DNA of 58,572 bases, counting the filler, from Squatina squatina (taxonomy: Eukaryota), in NCBI GenBank assembly GCA_031763465.1. It is 4 parts of 4 records of this genome, joined end to end, with 100 filler letters (N's around TTAATTAATTAA, not from the genome) between each part and the next. Parts side by side here need not be neighbours in the genome. Positions count along the whole stretch, not along the records: positions 40,858 to 58,572 come from JARFOE010000004.1; 3 more parts are not named here. One strand, given 5' to 3'. Below, piece after piece: positions 48,901 through 58,572 of this stretch (positions are counted from its first letter, which is position 1; each line of letters begins with the position of its first letter). Made by a program: the position numbers and the translations under genes. A model generated the notes under the pieces. It saw only the letters and a program-made list of their open reading frames with translations, made no database searches and had not been told where the DNA came from.

Positions 48901-50569
48901 CAGTGAGATCAAATTATGCCTGTTTTATTCTGTATGAGTATTGGCTATTTGACCAGTATAATAATTGACTTGACTGCTAACCATTTTTACAATGGCAGTT
49001 GGGTGGTAGTGGTGGTTTGCACATAGCTGTTTAAGCTGTGCATTTTGTCAGAGTAAATCAATGAATTCAATTAGACTTTGTAGATGGTGATCATTGTTTA
49101 ACTGATAGCACATTGATAGACTTCCCTTCCCAATTACAGAAATTAGCACATAGTAACTGCTTTCGTCAGTCAATGAATGAATCAGCAGAGTTATCGAACC
49201 AGGAAAAAATAATTTTTACTGCTTGAGCAACTACAAGTTGAAAAATTCCCATGTGCTAAACATCTCGCTTATGGAGAAGGAATTAAAAACCCGATTATAT
49301 TTTGAAACCGTATGCATATAAAATGCTTTGTCAGAACTTGCTGTCTTATATTAATGGTATTAAATTGCAAATTAATATTTGGCATCAACTTTTACCTTCC
49401 AGCTAGATTCTCTTAGCAGAAAAAGCTAGACAAGCTGTTGGTGTAGCTAACTGAGCCAACATTTGTAAGCGAGCTTTGCTGTTACAAAGAGTTCTTTGTG
49501 TTGTCATTCTGAATTGGAATACAATCATGATAAATTATTCAACAAAACTGCGGCATGGAGAGAAAGCAACATTACTGTGCACATTAAATATTGCATTGTG
49601 TCTCCTATTTGATACAATTTGTGTGAAGTTAAGGATATACAGGGGTGATTCTGTGATTTGTATCCAGTCTGATCTTGTCAAGTGTTTTCTGGGTCTACCT
49701 TCAGAGATTGAAGAATCATGTGTANNNNNNNNNNNNNNNNNNNNNNNNNNNNNNNNNNNNNNNNNNNNNNNNNNNNNNNNNNNNNNNNNNNNNNNNNNNN
49801 NNNNNNNNNNNNNNNNNNNNNNNNCTTTCAATTTAGTATACTGTATTCGCTGCTCACAAGACCAAACGCAGATTGGGTGACCGCTTTACAGTTCAGTCCG
49901 TAAGCGTGACCCCGAACCTCCGGTCACTTGTCACTTTAATTCCCCACTTCAGTCCCACACTGATCTCTCTTTCCCTTGCCTCTTTTCAGATACTCAAATT
50001 TTAACTCCCATTTCAGGGCTGTATTTTCAGAACTATTTGCATATCATGGTTATCCAAAACTACCCCAAGGGCATATTCAAGATGTGTTTGTGGTATTTGT
50101 AGAACATTTTGCATTTGGCTCTGCCTGGATCTGGCCCATAGTTTGCTTTGCACATGCATATTTTATATTCTGTCATAAGCTGCTTAAATCTGAGACAAAA
50201 CTGGACTGCAACAACAGCTTCATTTGTACTAGAGCTGACAGAAGCAGCAACTCTCTACAAACATAAAAAAAATTCCCAGGCATCCCATTACACTTTGTCG
50301 GTACTGCATGTGATACTGTGGGACAAATCTTGCTGGAGCAGGACACCTCGCAGCAGCCCCATCAGTTAAACTTTGTCCTGAACCATTCAGCTTGAATATA
50401 ATTTGTGCTGCAACTTGTTGGAAGTGTGAGCTGATAATGGTGCGACAAGTGCAAGAGGGTGCGTGGGATCTTGGCAAACAAAGGGACCAACTGTATATCT
50501 CCTTAACTAATGAGATTTAAGAATTGTTCTTCAGTCAAGGAGAAGGATGAATTAGTCAATTCCAGTATA

Positions 50570-51051
50570 GAAAGAAATTGAGGGAAAGAAAGAAAGATTG
50601 GATTGAGAGGGAAAGCGACAATAGAAAAGTGAGAAATTTAAATTTTATTAATTTAAAATGTTTTAAATCTCGAATAAGAAAGTACTATAGTAGGAATGAG
50701 ACTCAGCAGTGTAAATTGTTTACTTTCTGTGCCGGTCAGATTGATTGGCATTGCAATAAAAATTATGTTAAAAAGGTACTTACACTCTTAATTACCAGAC
50801 TTAACTTTCTGCGGTGTGTTTAATGGGCAATTAATATGTAAATTCAGCAAGTTCTTAAAAATAATGGGGGAAGCTATGGCCGAAATGCCATTGGTGCAAA
50901 GCAAATGGTGGAGTGGCGTAAATCAGCCAGCAATTTCTGGAGATTCGCTGCTGATGATGGATCTCTTAATCCCCTGAATTTGCTGGCTGATTTGAGCATT
51001 AGTTACGGCGTGTACCGTGAACTCGTTATCTTTTCCAAGCAGATTTGGCCC
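50570..51051 (+). mobile_element. Non-autonomous repeat, same family as 55227-56003 and 46560-46812 (-)
   Basis: Shares GAAAGAAAGAT..GA.T and AGGAATGAGACTC..TGTAAA with the 55.5-55.7 kb copy. Ends AGATTTGGCCC. Confidence 0.6.
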
Positions 51052-52679
51052 TGTCTTTAGAGAACAGTGCATTTTTTTATACAATGCGGAGGAAGAAATA
51101 AAGGCTTGGATTTTTATAGCACCTTTTACGTCCTAAGGCCATACCAAAGTGCTTCACAATACAAACACTAACATGGAGAAAAATGGACAGCTGTATGATT
51201 TAGTACAATTGTTCCTGAACTCAACTAATAAATACGATCCCTAATGTACTCTTGCCAAATGTATTTGAAAATATGGTAAGTTGATTATACTGATTTATAG
51301 AAATGTATAATAAAGTGCTTAACAAAATCAAGGCCGCAAAAGCACCATTTTGATGAATCTATTTTAATTTTAAGCAGATAGTTGAATATATTCTTGTGTA
51401 TATAATAGATTTAAAAAAAATAGTTTTTGGATCAAAAGTAGTCTCATTTGTGAGTATACATTTAGTTTTAATTCATAGTCTATCTGTGTAGTGAGATGTT
51501 CAGCTCAAAGCAACAGAACTAATATTGAAAACTACAAAGCTTGTCATAAGTACAGTATGTGTCTATTCATTGATTCAGTGAAAAAAGGTTAAATTTGTGC
51601 AAGTATTAAACTTGTTTGTTGGATTGCTCCTCAGTTGTTGGTGCAAAATCATTTTATTTGGCCAAGAGCCAGTAATGGGGTACTTGACAAATTGCTGCTT
51701 TTCTCATCTTTGAATATTTAGTGAGCCTTTTCCTTATCGAGTATTAACTACAATTACTGCTAATTGATGATTTACTGCTACAAATCCAACGATCCGCAAC
51801 ATATCAACAGTTCATTTCAGGCTTCAGAACAGATCTTAAAACTTGCAGATCTTGAAAAGCAAACTTTGATGTTCGATTCAAGCTCGGGTAGCTCTTTGAT
51901 GCTTCCACTGTTATTTTCTCTTTCCACATAACTTTCAAATGATTATTCTCTATCTTTCCATAGGACAAAATTGAAATCTTCCATGTGTACAATGAATTTT
52001 AAAATTGCTTGGGTCGTAAATTACATGCNNNNNNNNNNNNNNNNNNNNNNNNNNNNNNNNNNNNNNNNNNNNNNNNNNNNNNNNNNNNNNNNNNNNNNNN
52101 NNNNNNNNNNNNNNNNNNNNNNNNNNNNTCTTAAAATCTCAACAATAGGAATGATTTCCAGGCGTTCAGAATTTCAAAAGTGAAAGATCATTTCAGTTTG
52201 CAACAGCAAGGTGCTACTGCTGTTGAAACTTCTGGTCACATGTTTGCTAATTCCCCCTAGGTATCAATTACTCTCTGTACAAGCACAAATATTAGTTTTT
52301 ATTCTTTTATCACCTTGGTAGCACCCGATATTATTTTGGGAGATGTGTAGAAATATCACTTAAACATAACCAGCTGTTTTATGCTTGGAGTATATATGCT
52401 GAAGTAAAGTAATTTGTATAATTTGTAGATTTATAATCTAAGTGCTGTTTCAGTCTTGAAAGAATGAACACTTGTGTCCTTTTTAAATCTTGTCTGAAAT
52501 ATTTTTTAAAAAGATATTAATTTATCTGACTTTTGTTGCAGTTTATAACATGAAAAATAAGCTGCATCTAATCTACTCATGCATATAGCCAGCCCTGTAT
52601 ATGCAATGTTTTATAAATTGCTTGATGTTCTATGACTTGCATAAATGTGTAATCGATGTGCTTTTTGTTTTTCCAACAG

Positions 52680-52951
52680 GCTCCTTCTTGATGGTTGATT
52701 CTTCCCAGCATCTGTCAGGAGACAAAGCACGGCTCTTGCTTCCACTAATGAAAGAAAATGACACTCACTGCATAGATTTCAGTTACTGGTTGTACAGTAA
52801 AGATTACTTGAACCCAGGAACGCTGAACATTTTCGTCCGAGTGAACAAAGGAGCCCTTGCAAATCCTATTTGGAATGTGACAGGATCTCAGGGAGAAGAA
52901 TGGCACCGGGCTGAGCTGGCAGTTAGCACCTTCTGGCCGAATGAGTATCAG
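52680..52951 (+). CDS. PTPRK: Type IIB receptor tyrosine phosphatase, MAM-domain exon
   Basis: 272 nt with AG/GT ends. [37 protein letters not shown] and [15 protein letters not shown] match PTPRK best. Confidence 0.88.
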
Positions 52952-55057
52952 GTAATGATGGTCCCCATTAATGTAGAGCCAAGAGCTTTGAAGTATACAC
53001 ATTGGAAGGAAAAATGAGCAACATACGTACACCATGAATAGTGTTGAATAGCAAATAATGAAGTTGATAATTTAGCAGTCATCATAGACTTGGTGCTCAA
53101 ACTGTCCNNNNNNNNNNNNNNNNNNNNNNNNNNNNNNNNNNNNNNNNNNNNNNNNNNNNNNNNNNNNNNNNNNNNNNNNNNNNNNNNNNNNNNNNNNNNN
53201 NNNNNNNATGTAATAAATTAGCTTTGGTCTGTTGCTGTACTTGTCCTTTACTGAAGGGAATGGTTCAAGTTGGTATAGTTCCATGAGCCTCTGGTACCTT
53301 CCAAATTGTTATCCATTGGCCAATGGGCTGTCACAGCTGAGTCTGATATCCTTACCAACTCTCTAGGCATGGACATTTCTTCAGCAGGAGTGAATAGATA
53401 AACCAGGATCAAACCAAGAATCTAATTAGTCTGTGTATTGGATTACAACAGCATTTATGCCTGATTCATCAGTAGCAATAATGTTTTCCCCACATTATTT
53501 TCTCCTTCATTCCTTCAGCTCCATGCCACTCTTCAGTATCTCGCCTAAGTGACCATTGCTCATTATGAGCTTACACAATGAGAACAAGCAGGCTATGTTG
53601 CCACAGGGGGACCACTGATAAATCAAACCTCTCTCCAATAATTATTGTTAGAAATCCACTCTGGGATGTTGAGCATAACTTTCCTATGTGCCAAAATAAT
53701 ATGGCTGCTGGTGACATAACTAGAAGAATTCCTCAATTATCAGACCATTTACTTTAAAATGAAAATGCATGAATCCCCTTACATCTTTTGCTTCAATATT
53801 TTAATTTAATATCTATCACTCAACAGAAAATGGACACCTTTTATTATTTAAATAGTATTAGATAGGCAGATTAAGCAATGTACTGTGTTTATGTGGAACT
53901 TTCAAATAGCACTGTCTTCAAATTGTATTAGCATGCGCAAAATGTTCTCTCTGGCAAATGAAATTGCAATACAGATGAACTATTTTGGAGTGGCATTTAA
54001 GCATTAAAGTGCAGTAAATGGAGGTGAGTAAGATGTATTTGGAATTAATATATTAGTGTTGGCATGTAGCTCTAATATGTTCACTGTTGTATGGCGGTAA
54101 TACTAAATCAGAAAGCCATGCACCTTCAGAATTAGTGTGGCTTGAAAATGGGAGGGCCAGAAATATTAATCCATTAGTAGAGGGAAGTGCTGCAGATATG
54201 ATTGTGTTATCACTCATTTTACAGAAGTGTGGAAAGATTGCCAGAAATAAATTGCACAAAGTTTTTAATGTTCTTGCCAAGTTTAACCATGGAAAAATCT
54301 TACACTAAGTCTAGCAGTCATTGTGCTTTCCGAGGGGGGAGTGTGAAGAACAGAGGATGCTGACAGAAGAGAAGGACAGAAAAAAGGTAGTCATGCACAC
54401 ATCCTATAAAGAGGAATGGTTATATTGGGTTTAAACTGACCAGTGTGGTAATGGCAGGTTTATGAAATGCTGCCTACAGATTTGGAACATACGTCAGTAA
54501 CTCCAACTGCTCTTCATGTGGCCATTAAACTGACAGGTCTCTTCCTTTGGCCACTGGGATCTTCAAGGCAGCAGTGCAGATTGCCGTGGTGCTGGTGATG
54601 TTTGCCTGTGTCCAGGAGGCGTCTGTTTTGAAGGTCCAGTGGGTTAATTCCTCCCAAGCTTGCAGGAGAACAGCTGGACAGACAACAAAAACATGTTCTG
54701 CTGATGTTCCTAGTCACTAGACTGAGTGTAGTCGACTGTAACCACCTGAAGATACTGGTGCTGTTACTCAGTGCAGTGATGTACATGAACTACGTTTCTA
54801 TTCCTTCAATGTGCCAGTGCTTATAAAGAAAAAAATGCCAGTGGTCTTTGACTTTGAGCAAATGATTCCTTTTATAACTAGTCAAATGCCAGCATCACTC
54901 AGCTCAACTTTAAGACCACTTCCTGTCCCTGAGGAGCACTATATGTGAGTTGTAGCTCAGAGCCTGAGTGATTCATGACATTGTGAAAGTGAATATTGAT
55001 GTGCAATTCCTGCTAGTGCTTCATTACTCCTTTTGAAGACATCTCTCCTGGCTTATA

Positions 55058-55123
55058 AGCTATCTGATCCACGCGTATCTGAGGTCTGAAATGAGCTGTC
55101 TGATCCACACGTATCTGAGGTCT
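55058..55123 (+). repeat. 36-bp tandem repeat, about 1.8 copies visible, running into a gap
   Basis: AGCTATCTGATCCACGCGTATCTGAGGTCTGAAATG followed by AGCTGTCTGATCCACACGTATCTGAGGTCT. Confidence 0.8.
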
Positions 55124-55226
55124 NNNNNNNNNNNNNNNNNNNNNNNNNNNNNNNNNNNNNNNNNNNNNNNNNNNNNNNNNNNNNNNNNNNNNNNNNNNNN
55201 NNNNNNNNNNNNNNNNNNNNNNNCCT

Positions 55227-56003
55227 GGGCTGGATTTTGTGGCTAGCATTCACTGGTCCTTACACTTACACTTGCCCGCAGACTTTCTGTGGACTTTTGC
55301 AGTAGAGGTTGCAGTGATTAGTAATCCAAATCAGCGCTGCGGCTCCTACAGGGGATCTGGGACCCGTGTGAGCAGGTCAAGCAGCTACATGTCTCTTCAA
55401 CCATTCAGATTGAAGAATCCTCACTGACACACACAGTCTGAAGCCGGAAGTGCAAGTTAGAATAGTTAATTCAATGCCAAATCATGTACAGAAAGAAAAA
55501 TAAAGAGAGGGAAAGAAAGATGGAATTAAGAGAGAGAGAGAGAGACAAAGGAGACAGAATGAAAAAGTAAAAAAAACATTCTTAATTTAATTAAAAAAAA
55601 ATCTCCAACAATAATTAAAATCTGAAGGAATGAGACTCCACACTTGTAAAAGTTAATTTTCAGTGCCAGAGAGGTTGTTTGGCAGTAACTAAGACTTCTC
55701 ACACTGTTAAAAATTCACTTACACATGAATGGAGAAGCCCTAACTTTTTCTGATGTGTTTAGTGGGTATCTATCACTTCAGCACCCCAACTTCACACCAT
55801 TGCATGTATTTGAATGAAGAGCCTCTCAGTGAGATACCGTTATAGCGAAGCCTCTGGAGGAGAAGGGTCACTCTGCCAGCAACTTCCTGATTTCCACATT
55901 AAACTATGCATGTGCGATTGCCGGAAGTTGCTGACCGATTTATTCTTCAACAATGGTGAGATTTAATAGCCTCAACCGTTATTTTCACTGCAAAATCTGG
56001 GCC
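55227..56003 (+). mobile_element. Non-autonomous DNA element (MITE-like) with imperfect TIRs
   Basis: GGGCTGGATTTT at the left end and AAAATCTGGGCC at the right. Internal (AG)n tract. Similar to 50570-51051. Confidence 0.6.
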
Positions 56004-56266
56004 AATGGATTTTTTGATTACTGCTTTGATATTTTTCAATCTTTCTTAACTTGTACTTAATCGGGAACTTTCTTGGGGATTGTACGGATCGGCCACTATA
56101 ACTTTATAGATGCATAATTGGGATTCCTGCCAACTTTCCACTGGTTACAGTGACCAATCGGGAGAATCCCTTAAGAAATTCCCAGCAAATGTTTTTAGCT
56201 AATTAGTTAACTATCATTGGGACTACCAGCTTGATTGACCTTATTACTTTGGGAATTGTTTTTCAG

Positions 56267-56382
56267 GGAAAGCCCCTCACTTTCTCCGTCTTCAGAATGT
56301 GGAAGTCAACGCGGGGCAAAATGCTACATTTCAGTGCATCGCTACAGGCAGGGATACAGTGAATAACAAGCTATGGCTGCAG
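56267..56382 (+). CDS. PTPRK: Type IIB receptor phosphatase, exon at the start of the Ig domain ([38 protein letters not shown])
   Basis: Not in the ORF track. 116 nt with TTTTTCAG acceptor and GTGAG donor. CIATGRD.V.NKLWLQ is PTPRK-like. Confidence 0.9.
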
Positions 56383-58572
56383 GTGAGATCTCACAGTACT
56401 GTACTCCCACCTGTCTCATAATAACTCATTGTCAAAAACAGAAAAAGCTGTCAATGATTTCCACACGATGCTCACTTTCTCAATCTACGAATGGATTGCT
56501 ATAAATAAGTTAGGATTATTTTTCCACTTGCAAATTTTAGGTAGCTTAATTTGTATTGATTTATAGCTTTTGTTGCTTTTTTTTAAATATGCAGACACCA
56601 AGAGAATCTGCAATCTGGGGTGTAATTTAATAGACACTGTGTGTCACACTCAGAACATTACCCTAGGCAACATTGTTTCAGGTTTTGTAATGAGACTCAA
56701 GTGACTGTTGGCTTCAGAAACCCAGAGGCGGAATCAATCATTGCTATGTAAATTACAGCTGGGGAGTGGTTATTGTCAAAGCTATGTAAAATTCTACTGA
56801 TAAAGACGATGGAACACACCAATAGATGAGAACTTCCCATTGATGTGAAAGATGCAGGCAACTGATGCACGATTCAAGTGGACGGTTTACAATTCAAGAG
56901 TGATTTTTTTTTAATACAGAGTTGGGGGATTAATGTGATGCATGTCTACATCAATCCTGATATTTGAGCGTGTTTAGAAAACTCTGCTGAAAATAAGATG
57001 CTTGCATACTGTCCAAGCCTTGACAGGAGTTGAAGGATTAAAAATCCCCATTAATGTGGCACAGGTTTGTTTTGTTCAGTGTTGTGCCTATGATCGTGTG
57101 TTACTGGCTTTTATTTGATTTCGCAAAGATTCATAACTCTCATGTGATAGACATTTTGAAGCATTGGATAAAATAAAAGCACTGATGCACAACTCGTATA
57201 ATACTGTGTTTATTATATCACTGATGAAATAAAGAATGGCAGGTAAAAAATTATTTGCAATAGGGCATGTATGGAAAATATTTTTGTTTTACTATAATCA
57301 TGTCAGTATGTTGAAAAATTGAGCCACATACATTTTGATACTTTTTCTTTTAAAAACAGAAAAATAATCTTGGCAGATGAGTGTCTGAAATACAGAAATA
57401 TCTTGTGTATGATAAATATTTATCTTATACTTTTTTTTGGAAAAAAACCCTTGCTCATCTGTAGATCCTTTAGATGATTTTACCTCCTATTTTGATTCTG
57501 TTTAATGGCCAAATGTCCACAAGTCTAATTTAAATGACCTGCTGTACTGCCAGAGTCACTTCCAGCTCTACATGTCACACTTTATCCCAGTGTTAGCATA
57601 ATGATGGTAGAAGAAAAAATTGCAGCAGGATCATGGGAACATTGCACATGGTTTCCAAAGCACAAACATACTTATTTTTTTTTTAAGTTAGTGGTATAAA
57701 AAAAAACATATGGCAGTCATTAGATGTGCTATTGAACAAACAGATATCAGTTGGGTTTGCATGGTGAATAAATTTTCATATTGAGTGGCGCCCTGCCCTG
57801 TTTGTTGTGCAGATTATTATTTTCATAATCATTGGTGCCTGCAGATTTCTCTTCCCTCTGCAGAAATTACACTCATTTTAAACAACAGTAAGGTAAAATA
57901 AATGTATGGCCCAAAAATACCTAGTGCATTAAACTAGTAAGTACATGTTAAAACATTTGATCCAATTGTTTTAATTGAGAGACCAGTATATATAACACCA
58001 TGGAATAAAAACTCCAAGTGCGTGAGCGTGTAACATCCTTAGTATAAATGTTTACAGTTGAAAGCTGTAAGGGATTTTGTATCCTAAAAGCAAGTTTTTT
58101 TTTTGTAATTGCAAGACAAATATTTTCATGGGGAGGTGGGGGGATGCTATATGCACTGCATCCACATATTGGTTTTAAACTTTCAGAGCACTGATTTCAT
58201 GTACTTAAAGGTTACTTGTGTAGCTTTAACATATCAGAGGTCAAGAATGTTTTTTTGTGTTGTGCTCTAGACTAAGTCAGCAGGTACCTAAAGTAGCAAA
58301 CTTTTATTAAACCCTGCGTTGGTTTCTGACAGCTGTGCTTGAGATGCTGGGCCTGGGGAAATATTAACTTCATAGACTACCGAAAAGACTGTTACAGCTG
58401 GCTGTATCATTAAACATATATGCCCTCTCTGATGTATTTGATGCAATGCTCTCTCAGACCGTACCACTGAGGGGGAATGCATTATGAAATGGTCTACAAT
58501 AGGATGGACTGTCAGAAAGTAAATTATAACTGGAAACTTAATGACTATCTTTAGGCAGTATTTAAAAAAAAT

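Noticed and set aside
55058-55123. 36-bp repeats as a CRISPR array
   Set aside because: The units are directly adjacent with no spacers, the context is a vertebrate intron, and there are no cas genes.

Overview
Vertebrate nuclear DNA, not prokaryotic. The LINE/SINE/Harbinger repeat types and protein divergence point to a cartilaginous fish, probably a shark (inference). It comes from a fragmented, gap-rich assembly. Three artificial spacers (44 N + TTAATTAATTAA + 44 N) split the window into four apparently unrelated blocks. Block 1 (1-12357) holds four minus-strand exons of FGD4/frabin. Block 2 (12458-27508) holds ATRIP exons (-), a two-exon BTG1/BTG2-type gene (+) and five IPPK exons (+). 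Block 3 (27609-40757) holds the large N-terminal exon and last exon of TET3 (+), with a lone AGA exon on a gap-bounded contig between them. Block 4 (40858-58572) holds MAM and Ig exons of a type IIB receptor phosphatase, most like PTPRK (+). The rest is intron or intergenic DNA with CR1-, L2- and RTE-type LINE fragments, SINEs and Harbinger-type elements. Many expected exons are absent, so the 100-N gaps are arbitrary in size. I found no convincing undescribed biological system. The best leads are a probable third BTG1/2 ohnologue next to IPPK, the AGA exon inside TET3, an abrupt loss of TET3 homology at about 33931, and a Trp-repeat array in the TET3 low-complexity insert. Gene identities come from my recall of the vertebrate proteins, not from database searches.
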